From the NCBI GenBank assembly GCA_043756865.1, contig JAYUQG010000019.1:101467-165466 (forward strand): a stretch of 64,000 nucleotides of DNA, written 5' to 3'. Under the pieces are notes generated by a model. That model had not been told where the DNA came from and did no database searches. It saw only the letters and a list, made by a program, of their open reading frames with translations. This DNA is from a bacterium. Lineage in GTDB: Bacteria; Patescibacteriota; Minisyncoccia; Phycocordibacterales; UBA6899. The number at the start of each line of letters is the position of its first letter. The first letter of the stretch is position 1. This document shows, one piece after another, positions 1 to 8,568 of this stretch. The position numbers and the translations under genes were made by a program.

Positions 1-2
1 AT

Positions 3-2537
3 GATGGCGACAATCTCATAGACCTCGCTGACTCTAACTGTGCGCAATACAAGCCAACACTTACGGTAAAAAAACATGTTGATGGCGGTCCAATGTCTCC
101 AGAAAACTTTCTACTTCACGTAAACAGTGGAGATGGGTTTCTTGGAAGCGAAACTGGTACAAGTTTCACATATAATTCCTCTACTCAATACTCAGTCACT
201 GAAGATCAGGCAGCAGATTATGTGCCTTCATTTGATGGCTGTTCAGGAACGGTAAATGCTGGAGATGCTGCAACATGCACGGTCACAAATCATTATGACC
301 TTTGCTTGAACATAGAAGGCTATCAATCTCAGGTTCCTTCGGGACATGAACGCTCGAGTGGCAACTGTACACCTCTGAATGACACCCCACCATTATGTGA
401 AGCGAATGTTTCAACAATCACTCGCGTTTCAAACACAACTAACGTAAATGTTGGATCAGTGGGCGGTGACGATGCGGTACTTGTAGATTTTGACACGGTC
501 ACAATCGGTCAGCAGGTGCACATTGATTGGAATGCAAGTATCGCGGGTGCACAGTGGATTTGGGGCGAAAATCCAGTTGCCACTCCACAGAGTGAGCTTA
601 CTGAATCTTTCTTTGACGTTTTCACGGTTGTGGGTACTCCGACCGGTGGAACACTGGAGATTGCAGCTGATAATAGTTATGTCGTAAAATTAAACGGCAT
701 CGAAGTCGGAGCGGATATATCAGGCAATAACTACAATTCAACTGGACAGGACTTGATTACTATTCCTGCAAATAAATTTGTTGCAGGATCCAATACACTT
801 GAAATTATTGTAAAAAATTGGGCCTACGATACAACAGATCCCCAAGTAAACCCCGCAGGACTCCTTTACAGCCTTACTATCAACAAGAATTCATGCGTTC
901 CTGTTGTGGCACCGGTATGTGAGCCACAGGTGAACCTTGTAGAGAATGGTGGATTTGAAAATCCTGTACTTAACGCAACAAGCTATCAAGATGCTTGGGA
1001 TATCGTTCCATTCACGGACAGCGCACTGAAGTGGCTTGGTGAGTTTGTTACTGCAGGAGGTGCAGGACGACTCGGACTTGAGGTGCAAACCAGCGCGGCA
1101 GTCCCTTTGGCATCTCTTCCTTACTCTGGAACCCAGCTCGCAGAGCTTGATGGTGATCATCTAACGCGCATCTATCAGGATGTTATAACTATTCCCGGAC
1201 ATGACTACTCCCTTAAATATTACTTCTCACCTCGCCCCAGCCAACCAGCTTCTGAAAATATTCTCGAAGTAGCACTTGGAGGAGGTGTCGTCGACACACA
1301 CACCGGAGCAGGAGGTTCAGTAACTAGCTGGACGCCATATACCAAGACATTTGTCGCAACTGCTACTGTAACCCGTGTATCATTCGCAGATATCGGCAAC
1401 GATGACAACGGTTCGACAGGTGGAGTCGGTTCATATCTGGATGACGTCAGTTTCTCTTGCGTTGGCCCACACGTCGAAGTACCACCCACAACACCCGAGA
1501 ATACTCCTCAGCTCTGCAACGATCAGCTTGATAACGACAATGACAACCTGATTGACGGGCATGATTCGGACTGTAAACCCACACTGACGGTCACGAAGAA
1601 TGTCGTAAACAATAATGGCCTTTCAAAATCTGCATCTCAATTCAATCTGCATGTGAATGAAGACCAGTGCACCAATATTCTGGGCATGCAGTCCACTGTC
1701 CCAGTGGGAATGTATCAGGAGGGTAGCTACTGTGAAGAGTACGGACTTGAAACTCTGAACACAATTTTTGACTTCTTCTCCCCCAAGGTTGCGTTCGCAG
1801 TTGCGCAGTTGATTGCACCAGCAAGTTTTGTTGGAAACGAACAGGGTACAACCGTCTACTTTGACGAGCCATCTGATTACACCGTAACCGAAGATGCCGA
1901 TGGTCAGTACACCACAACTTACGGCGACGGTTGCACAGGCTCTATCGGCTGGGGTGAACACAAAACTTGTGTTGTCACCAACGACGACATTCAGCAAGGT
2001 GGTGGGGGGGGAGGAAGCTCATCATTCGACCACTGGGGTTGTACGAACCCTGCAGCAACCAACTTCAACTCGCTTTCCAATCGCGATGACGGCTCATGCC
2101 AGCTTCCTGGTGGAAATGGCGGAACTCCACAGGGAGAAGTCTTGGGTGCAGCAACAACAGTGTCAGAGCCAGAAATGCCTCTCCCTGCAGCATGTGCAGC
2201 GAACCCCTACCTTCTTGACTACATGAAGATGGGTAAGAAGAATGATGTAGAGCAGGTCAAACTTCTTCAGACATTCCTGAATGAATTCTTGGGTACAAAT
2301 ATCCCCGTCACAGGAATCTTCGGACCGCGCACAAAGGCTGCAGTCAAAAAACTCCAGAAGGACAATCATGCCGCAATCATCCAACCTTGGATTGACGCAG
2401 GATTTAGTGCAGCAAGCTTGAAGGAGGGGACAGGAGTCGTTTACAAGACCACCAAATACTTCATCAACAAGAAGAAGTGCGTGGAAATGACCGAGACACT
2501 TCCAAACCTTACAAATGACACAGGACTGACGAACTAA
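3..2537 (+). CDS. Large secreted/surface protein, 5'-truncated by the window edge: repeated DNDxDxLIDxxDxxC + prealbumin-like modules, jelly-roll/DUF642-like domains, C-terminal peptidoglycan-binding-like domain
   Basis: Frame is open from position 3 (DGDNLIDLADSNCAQYKPTLTVKK...), upstream of the ATG at 93. The same module recurs at ~1516-1990. NLVENGGFENP...ELDG...IYQD resembles DUF642; VKLLQTFLN...TGIFGPRTKAAVKKLQ is a PG-binding motif. Confidence 0.75.
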   Translation, partial: DGDNLIDLADSNCAQYKPTLTVKKHVDGGPMSPENFLLHVNSGDGFLGSETGTSFTYNSSTQYSVTEDQAADYVPSFDGCSGTVNAGDAATCTVTNHYDLCLNIEGYQSQVPSGHERSSGNCTPLNDTPPLCEANVSTITRVSNTTNVNVGSVGGDDAVLVDFDTVTIGQQVHIDWNASIAGAQWIWGENPVATPQSELTESFFDVFTVVGTPTGGTLEIAADNSYVVKLNGIEVGADISGNNYNSTGQDLITIPANKFVAGSNTLEIIVKNWAYDTTDPQVNPAGLLYSLTINKNSCVPVVAPVCEPQVNLVENGGFENPVLNATSYQDAWDIVPFTDSALKWLGEFVTAGGAGRLGLEVQTSAAVPLASLPYSGTQLAELDGDHLTRIYQDVITIPGHDYSLKYYFSPRPSQPASENILEVALGGGVVDTHTGAGGSVTSWTPYTKTFVATATVTRVSFADIGNDDNGSTGGVGSYLDDVSFSCVGPHVEVPPTTPENTPQLCNDQLDNDNDNLIDGHDSDCKPTLTVTKNVVNNNGLSKSASQFNLHVNEDQCTNILGMQSTVPVGMYQEGSYCEEYGLETLNTIFDFFSPKVAFAVAQLIAPASFVGNEQGTTVYFDEPSDYTVTEDADGQYTTTYGDGCTGSIGWGEHKTCVVTNDDIQQGGGGGGSSSFDHWGCTNPAATNFNSLSNRDDGSCQLPGGNGGTPQGEVLGAATTVSEPEMPLPAACAANPYLLDYMKMGKKNDVEQVKLLQTFLNEFLGTNIPVTGIFGPRTKAAVKKLQKDNHAAIIQPWIDAGFSAASLKEGTGVVYKTTKYFINKKKCVEMTETLPNLTNDTGLTN

Positions 2538-2559
2538 GGTTCTCTAAATCTTAGCATTC

Positions 2560-2587
2560 AAAAACCCAGCAATATGCGGGGTTTTTG
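2560..2587 (+). terminator. Putative intrinsic terminator
   Basis: aaaaccc-agc-aatat-gc-ggggttttt imperfect hairpin with a T tract just after the stop. Confidence 0.5.
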
Positions 2588-2694
2588 GTTTTTCCTACGA
2601 ACGAATAATTAAGAATTTGCTTCTATATTCGATATTATCTTGCCATTTTGCTAATCTATTGTGCATTTATTGATTTTATGCTATAATTATGTGC

Positions 2695-3786
2695 ATGTTG
2701 CAGTGGCTTAAAAATCACTTCATCCCACACGAAGCAAATGGTTTTGCTCCATACGTACTTCGCATGAAAATTGCGATGCTGTTTTTTGCCCTTATCGCAC
2801 TCATCGAACTGGTGTACCTCGCAAACACATTGTTTGTGCTTCCGAGAAGTGATTACTTTGCGGCAATTTTTGCTACTGTGCTTGTCGACCAGACAAACAA
2901 AGAACGCGATACCGCCGCACTGCGCACACTCACTTCGAATCCAAAACTCGAAATAGCAGCACAACTGAAAGCCGACGACATGGCTGCGAAAGGTTACTTC
3001 GCGCACAATGCCCCCGACGGCACCACGCCATGGCATTGGTTTGCGCAAGCGGGTTATGATTTCGCCGCCGCAGGAGAAAACCTCGCAGTGAATTTTACTG
3101 ATTCGAAGGACGTCACCGAGGCATGGATGCGCTCTCCAACGCACCGCGCAAATATCATGAGTGGTAACTACACCGAAATTGGTATTGCTACGGCGCGCGG
3201 AATGTACAAAGGAAAGGAAGCCATTTTTGTTGTTCAAAAGTTTGGCCGACCATCCATTATCGCACGCCAATTACCAAGCGCCTCAAGCACGGTAAGTACT
3301 CTTGCGAATCTTTTACCTACAACAGTTCTCGGCGCTACCACCATTACAAAGAAACCTGCTCCAACCATTACGGTGACCCGCCCAGTTTCAACACCCCAAC
3401 CTACGCCTCCAACACCCGTCATCACGGAAACTCCCAAACCACAGGCACCCATCATCACCACACTACTCCCCGTCACGACAGTGGTCGCTGGTGCGGAAGC
3501 ACTTAAGCTCCCCATAGAGAATGAGATTGTACTTCCTGAAACCGCGCCACAACAAGCAGCACCGCTTGGTTATTGGGCGAGAATATTTTCTGCACCACGG
3601 CAGTTGGTTACTTTCCTGTTCCTCGGCTTGGGGGCACTTATGCTTATTGCACTCCTCCTCAACGTATTTATTAGGGTTCGCGTCCAGCATCCACACCTCA
3701 TTCTCAATGGACTACTCTTGATTGCTGTCGTAAGCTCACTGATAATGTTAAACACCGTCATCGGTGTTACGCAGGGGGTGATTTAG
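2695..3786 (+). CDS. CAP (SCP-like) domain membrane protein with Pro/Thr linker and C-terminal TM helices
   Basis: AAQLKADDMAAKGYFAH, AGENLA, WMRSPTHRANI, TEIGIA motifs. Start set at ATG 2695, 7 nt after TATAAT (2682-2687). Confidence 0.88.
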   Translation: MLQWLKNHFIPHEANGFAPYVLRMKIAMLFFALIALIELVYLANTLFVLPRSDYFAAIFATVLVDQTNKERDTAALRTLTSNPKLEIAAQLKADDMAAKGYFAHNAPDGTTPWHWFAQAGYDFAAAGENLAVNFTDSKDVTEAWMRSPTHRANIMSGNYTEIGIATARGMYKGKEAIFVVQKFGRPSIIARQLPSASSTVSTLANLLPTTVLGATTITKKPAPTITVTRPVSTPQPTPPTPVITETPKPQAPIITTLLPVTTVVAGAEALKLPIENEIVLPETAPQQAAPLGYWARIFSAPRQLVTFLFLGLGALMLIALLLNVFIRVRVQHPHLILNGLLLIAVVSSLIMLNTVIGVTQGVI

Positions 3787-3817
3787 TTTATTATTTATAC
3801 TTATTTTTAGAATTTTT

Positions 3818-5017
3818 ATGCCCACAAAACAGCTTGCATTGGGGATTGGTGGAATCATCGTGGTGGCTATTATCGGATGGATTGTATTTGCTCCCAAAGA
3901 AACGGTAGCACCTGTGATTAGTGACGGCACCACTCCTATTGTCGAAGAACAACCACCAGAAGTACCCGTAACGCCATCTGCACCTACACCAAGCACGCCC
4001 GCAGGAGCAAATTCGGGCACTCCCACTCCTGTTGCAAATACTCCCACACCACTCAAAGGCAGCATGGCTCCAGAGTTTAAATTACCCTCCGGGTACACCA
4101 ATGCTGATCCATTTTTGATGCAAAGCCTAATTGGAAAGCAGGTTGTACTTGTACAATTCTGGGCGTACACGTCGGTGAATTCCATGCGCACTTTCCCATA
4201 TGTTAATCAATGGAACGAAAAATACAAACGCAAAGGACTGACCATTGTTTCTGTTCACACTCCACGATTCTCTTTCGAGAAACAAAAAGACAATGTTGAC
4301 AAAGCCGCCTTCACAAGCAACATCCTCAATCCCATTGTACTAGACAATCAATATGGCACATGGGACTCGTGGGGCAACAAACACTGGCCGACTATGTACT
4401 TGGTCGACATCAACGGACGCATTGTGTACAGCCAGAAAGGAGAAGGTAACTACGCAGCCACAGAAGCGAAAATTCAGGAGCTGCTCGTCGCACGCGCAGC
4501 AAAACTAGGTACCACCAAAGACGTGTATGCACCGTTCGAGATTCCCGGAGGAGTGCAGCCCATTGACCCCCTACTCGTCCGAAGTGCAGAAACATACTTC
4601 GGTTCTGCGCGTAACACCACTCTCGCAAACGGCACACAACTCACCGTTGGAATTCAGTACATGAAGCCTATTACTGAAATCAAACCCAATATGCTCTACC
4701 TCAAGGGAGTCTGGGACATTCAGGGTGAATATGCACGCAGTTCAACCGAGGGGTCTGGTTTCATACATCGCTATAACGCAAAGAATGCATACCTCATTTT
4801 GGGTGCGAGCGGTATAAACAAAGTGAAGGTAACACTCGATGGGAAACCACTTGGAGCTCAGGCAGGAAAAGACATCCGCGAGGAGAAAGGCGAGAGTTAC
4901 CTCTATGTATCCGACGAGCGCGTGTACGAGATTGTGAAGGGCTCAACGTACGGCGAGCACACACTCGAGGTCACCGCGGAGACCAATGCACTTCAAGTAT
5001 ACAGCCTCATGTTCTAG
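3818..5017 (+). CDS. Membrane-anchored DipZ-like thioredoxin-fold protein with C-terminal beta domain; CxxC replaced by SxxS
   Basis: VVLVQFWAYTSVNSMRTFPY, SVHTPRFSFE, WPTMYLVD, GEGNY and ETYFG align with DipZ C-terminal motifs; N-terminal TM and Pro/Thr linker. Confidence 0.8.
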   Translation: MPTKQLALGIGGIIVVAIIGWIVFAPKETVAPVISDGTTPIVEEQPPEVPVTPSAPTPSTPAGANSGTPTPVANTPTPLKGSMAPEFKLPSGYTNADPFLMQSLIGKQVVLVQFWAYTSVNSMRTFPYVNQWNEKYKRKGLTIVSVHTPRFSFEKQKDNVDKAAFTSNILNPIVLDNQYGTWDSWGNKHWPTMYLVDINGRIVYSQKGEGNYAATEAKIQELLVARAAKLGTTKDVYAPFEIPGGVQPIDPLLVRSAETYFGSARNTTLANGTQLTVGIQYMKPITEIKPNMLYLKGVWDIQGEYARSSTEGSGFIHRYNAKNAYLILGASGINKVKVTLDGKPLGAQAGKDIREEKGESYLYVSDERVYEIVKGSTYGEHTLEVTAETNALQVYSLMF

Positions 5018-5069
5018 AGTTAGGACACGCAAATAACCGCTTACAAGAGCGGTTATTTGCATAACTCTA
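5015..5069. repeat. Long inverted repeat overlapping the stop codon (terminator-like or collapsed MITE)
   Basis: tagagtta...gcaaataaccgct / agcggttatttgc.taactcta. Confidence 0.7.
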
Positions 5070-5094
5070 TGAGCAATCAGTAGTATTTCAGCAT

Positions 5095-5205
5095 GTGGCT
5101 TGTGTACTTCCCGCGCGAGGCGCCTACATCTAGTACGTAGCGCCCGAGATAGTGAGCCTTCGAGCGACAACGTCAAAAAGACAACGCCAGATAGCCGGTT
5201 TTTGT
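5095..5205. repeat. Dispersed structured element, copy 1 (copy 2 at 24179-24275)
   Basis: Shared blocks gtggct, cccgcgcgaRgcgcctRcat, agtRagYcttcgagcgacaa, gccaRatag, tttttgt. Confidence 0.75.
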
Positions 5206-5283
5206 ATTCTACAAACGCATTTGCACCTCCCACTCACCATGCTATGCTTTCGGAAGCGTTCCGTATATCAAAAGGAGAATCTC

Positions 5284-5673
5284 ATGCTCGATTGGATCAA
5301 AGCGTCCTATAGAGGACGTGTGGGAAGAAAGCACTTCGCCATGTTGTTAGTACTGCTTCTCTTGCTTACCATTGTTGCCATGCCGTTGCTTGGTGCACTC
5401 AAACACTTTGGGTTGTTCATTGGCGGGCTATTGTCCATCGTGTTTGGAGTAGTGTTTAACATCTTGACCCTACACATTTACGTGCGAAGACTGCACGACC
5501 TAGACCTGACTGGATGGCTCATACTGTTAACATTTGTTCCTGTGGTCGGACCATATGTTGGACTTGCTATGGCTGCCGGCTTGCTGTTCTGGCCGGGCGA
5601 TCGTGACGCGAACACATATGGCGCCCCGCCTAATGCAGATCGCACACTTCGTGACGTAGTGTTTCACCCTTGA
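5284..5673 (+). CDS. DUF805 family membrane protein
   Basis: GRVGRKHF, VRRLHDLDLTGW, PGDRDANTYGAPP motifs; SD aaggag before ATG 5284. Confidence 0.88.
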   Translation: MLDWIKASYRGRVGRKHFAMLLVLLLLLTIVAMPLLGALKHFGLFIGGLLSIVFGVVFNILTLHIYVRRLHDLDLTGWLILLTFVPVVGPYVGLAMAAGLLFWPGDRDANTYGAPPNADRTLRDVVFHP

Positions 5674-5732
5674 TTTGAGTATTGCACACAAACCTCATGG
5701 CAACATGTGGTTTTTTTGTTAGAATATATATC

Positions 5733-6311
5733 ATGTCTACAGAACAATTGTCGGGATACGTCTCGGAAGAACGTGTGCGTGGCGTCACTGATGACGCAAT
5801 CAAAGCAGCATTACTCGAGAAAGGGTGGAAAGAAGCGGACGTCGTGGCAGCACTGGGCGTGGGAGGTGTCGGTGTTGGAGTATCTGCACATCAAGGTATG
5901 TGGAGTGGCCGCCTCGACAAAAGTGGTTATCTCAAAATCGTGCTATTAGGAGTCGGGTTTATCGCGCTTATCGTTGTAGCGGCTTTCGGTGTGGGATATA
6001 CCGCTTTTGATTATCAAGAAACCGATATAGCCAACGAAGGCACACTTTTCTATCTTGGAATATTCATTGGTGCATTGTTTTTTCTCGCGTACTCCATTGT
6101 CGGACTAGGCGCAGGAATTCGTCGACTCCACGACATCGGTCAGTCTGGGTGGTGGATATGCATTGGATTTATTCCATACTTGGGTAGCCTCCTTTCTCTC
6201 GCACTCACAATATACCTGTGCGTGAAAGACGGCGTACCCACGGCGAATCAGTGGGGTGGGGTACCAAGAAAAGACCTTACACTCTGGCAGTCATTGCGTG
6301 GCCGTGAATAA
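5733..6311 (+). CDS. DUF805 family membrane protein with short N-terminal helical domain
   Basis: SGRLDK, IRRLHDIGQSGWW, DGVPTANQWG; ATG is 7 nt after TAGAAT (5720-5725). Confidence 0.87.
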   Translation: MSTEQLSGYVSEERVRGVTDDAIKAALLEKGWKEADVVAALGVGGVGVGVSAHQGMWSGRLDKSGYLKIVLLGVGFIALIVVAAFGVGYTAFDYQETDIANEGTLFYLGIFIGALFFLAYSIVGLGAGIRRLHDIGQSGWWICIGFIPYLGSLLSLALTIYLCVKDGVPTANQWGGVPRKDLTLWQSLRGRE

Positions 6312-6367
6312 GGGTTTTTGAGTAGTCCACAATTTATTAACAGGTTACTACCTTTTTTAAATGGCTT

Positions 6368-6376
6368 TGTTATAAT
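6368..6376 (+). promoter_or_regulatory. Extended -10 promoter for the metK leader
   Basis: TGtTATAAT, ~20 nt upstream of the riboswitch P1. Confidence 0.6.
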
Positions 6377-6395
6377 GTTCGTACAACCAAATAGT

Positions 6396-6502
6396 GCGTT
6401 TATCGAGAGTACGGAGTAGGGAATTGGCCCGATGATACCGTCAGCAACCACCTCTGGAGAGGAGCGGTGCTAAATCCAATCCCTTATAGGGGAGATGAAT
6501 GT
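6396..6502 (+). ncRNA. SAM-I (S-box) riboswitch aptamer
   Basis: ttatcgagag...agggaattggcccgatga...gcaacc...ggtgctaaatcc...gatga matches the SAM-I consensus; P1 gcgtttatc/gatgaatgt pairs; directly upstream of metK. Confidence 0.93.
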
Positions 6503-6524
6503 GGTTGGAGGAATAATGGCAACC

Positions 6525-6556
6525 AAAAAAGTCTTTCCCAAACGGAAGGCTTTTTT
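6525..6556 (+). terminator. Riboswitch expression-platform terminator
   Basis: aaaaaagtctttcc-caaac-ggaaggctttttt. Confidence 0.85.
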
Positions 6557-6646
6557 GTATCAATTGTAATTTAACCCAACAAGTATTCGTTCGATTCTCG
6601 GAAAGCATAAAGGTTGTGCATTATTCGTTTTTCAAATAAATAATTT

Positions 6647-7699
6647 ATGCAACGCATTCAGCAAACACACACTGTCGAGAGTGTGACCGCAGGTCATCCG
6701 GACAAAGTGTGTGACCAGATATCAGATGCCATTTTAGATGCATGCCTCACACAAGACCCGAAATCGAGAGTCGCCATTGAAAGTTTCGGTGCACACGGAC
6801 TGTTGGTTATTGGGGGCGAGCTCACGACTGACGCACGTATCGATGCATCAGCAATTGCGCGCAAAGTTTATCGCGACATCGGATACGACAACGAACTTGA
6901 AATCATCGAGCGCATTGTGACACAGTCTCCCGATATTGCGATGGGCGTGGACCAAGATGGTGCAGGCGATCAAGGTATTATGTATGGCTATGCCACAAAC
7001 GAAACTGAAGAATATCTCCCGCGTGGCATTACCCTTGTACACAAGCTTACAAAGGGACTCGAAGACTTACGGAAAAGCGGAAAAATTAACTGGCTGCGTC
7101 CTGATGGCAAGGCACAAGTGACCATTTCTGACGGCAAAGTCCGCACGGTGCTTGTGTCTACGCAACATGCTGATGGCATACAGCATAGCGAAATCCGAGA
7201 AGCCATCATCGACGAACTCATCCGGCCTATTATTGGCGACATTGGGCGCACCGAAATACTCGTGAACCCCACAGGACGCTTCGTGCAAGGCGGATTTGAG
7301 GCTGACACTGGGCTCACGGGGCGCAAGCTGATGGTAGATACCTACGGCGGACTCATAGCGCACGGTGGAGGGGCATTTTCGGGCAAAGACGCAACCAAGG
7401 TAGACCGCTCGGGTGCATACATGTGCCGCTATGTAGCGAAAAATCTCGTGGCAAACAAACTCGCGAAGGAAGCGACCGTGTCAGTTGCCTACGCCATCGG
7501 GCACCCCGAACCGCTCATGGTCGCAGCGGTTGACGAGAATGGTGAGGACCTCTTCGATGTTGTGCGCAATCGGTTTGACTTTCGTCCCAAGTCCATCATT
7601 CAGCAACTCGATTTGCGAAAACCTATTTTCGCACAAACAGCGGCTTACGGTCACTTCGGAAAGGCAGGCTTACCTTGGGAAACCGTTATACAAATATAA
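6647..7699 (+). CDS. metK: S-adenosylmethionine synthetase
   Basis: ESVTAGHPDKVCDQISDA, GAGDQG, GGGAFSGKD, TKVDRS motifs. Confidence 0.97.
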   Translation: MQRIQQTHTVESVTAGHPDKVCDQISDAILDACLTQDPKSRVAIESFGAHGLLVIGGELTTDARIDASAIARKVYRDIGYDNELEIIERIVTQSPDIAMGVDQDGAGDQGIMYGYATNETEEYLPRGITLVHKLTKGLEDLRKSGKINWLRPDGKAQVTISDGKVRTVLVSTQHADGIQHSEIREAIIDELIRPIIGDIGRTEILVNPTGRFVQGGFEADTGLTGRKLMVDTYGGLIAHGGGAFSGKDATKVDRSGAYMCRYVAKNLVANKLAKEATVSVAYAIGHPEPLMVAAVDENGEDLFDVVRNRFDFRPKSIIQQLDLRKPIFAQTAAYGHFGKAGLPWETVIQI

Positions 7700-7791
7700 G
7701 GATGCAGCCCAAACTCTGAAATTGTATTGAGGGGGTTGCAGTTCCTAACTGAAACAACCCCCGTACCGATTGCCTTGTCTGCAAGGCTAGA

Positions 7792-7830
7792 CACTTCGGG
7801 AAAAAGGGATTACCTTGGGAAGCCGTCATT
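7792..7830 (+). pseudogene. Orphan diverged copy of the metK 3' end (HFGKKGLPWEAVI)
   Basis: 30/39 nt identical to 7652-7690 (HFGKAGLPWETVI); five of the seven changed codons are synonymous. Confidence 0.8.
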
Positions 7831-7837
7831 GCTCTAG

Positions 7838-7873
7838 ATTTTGCAGAAGAAAAGAATTTTGCAGAAGAAAAGA
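7838..7873. repeat. Perfect 18-bp tandem duplication
   Basis: attttgcagaagaaaaga x2. Confidence 0.9.
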
Positions 7874-7893
7874 CCCGCGCACGCGGGTCTTTT
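7868..7893. terminator. Bidirectional terminator
   Basis: aaaagacccgc-gcac-gcgggtctttt between convergent genes. Confidence 0.8.
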
Positions 7894-7898
7894 GATAT

Positions 7899-8471
7899 CT
7901 ACGAGCGAACACGTCGTGGAAAGAGTCGCCCAAGTATTGCGGCGACACTACGCTCTTTGGGAGGAAATCGATCGGGGTCACAGGCATCCAGCACGAGACA
8001 AAGCCAGAACAAAAAAAATGATAAGGTGCATGTGCCTACGTATGCGAGCACGCCAATATCGAGCGCTTTTGCTGTTGTGGTCATGGCAAACGCTCCATAG
8101 GACAACAACGGTGCAACTGCGTACATGAGCATCATCGCGCGCATATAGAAATACAGACGCGTTGCTTTCATCGGATTCACGAAGCCTTGTTGCACACGAA
8201 CACGTGCGCGCATTTCTGCTTTGTCTGCGTACCAAAATGAGAGATAGAAGAATAGCGCCACGCAAATAAGTGACAAGGTCTTTGCGACTACAGATGTTTG
8301 AAGATGCAGAATTTCAACCAACCCGACAAAGAGTACAAGAAACACTGCATATGCTCCAGAGAACAGTCTGAACCAAAAGTAGTTTGTCTTCCCCGTCAAA
8401 CGTTCGAAGCGCTGGCAAAGGCTTTCGATGAAAAGTATTAGGTACATATCGAGCGAAGAAAGCTGCCTCAA
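7899..8471 (-). CDS. Hypothetical membrane protein (about 4 TM)
   Basis: Hydrophobic ORF; SD aaggag 7 nt before TTG at 8471 (alternative ATG 8447). Confidence 0.65.
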   Translation of the reverse strand: MRQLSSLDMYLILFIESLCQRFERLTGKTNYFWFRLFSGAYAVFLVLFVGLVEILHLQTSVVAKTLSLICVALFFYLSFWYADKAEMRARVRVQQGFVNPMKATRLYFYMRAMMLMYAVAPLLSYGAFAMTTTAKALDIGVLAYVGTCTLSFFLFWLCLVLDACDPDRFPPKERSVAAILGRLFPRRVRS

Positions 8472-8568
8472 GGTGCAACTCCTTTCCTTTGAAATCTCTA
8501 TATTTGATAGCACGCCCAGCACGCCTGTCAACTGCAAGCACAACCCTGATTGGTGTAGAATCTACGCT

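Noticed and set aside
2004-2011. G8 tract as a phase-variation site
   Set aside because: Explained by a poly-Gly linker; no evidence of variation without reads
4943-5233. Shared peptide LSLE...CRR.AR with 24108-24311 as a protein family
   Set aside because: Changes are largely non-synonymous with indels, while base pairing is conserved; better read as non-coding
7652-7830. DGR template/variable repeat pair (also the alaS echo)
   Set aside because: Differences are mainly synonymous and not confined to adenines; the repeats are short and no RT is in the window
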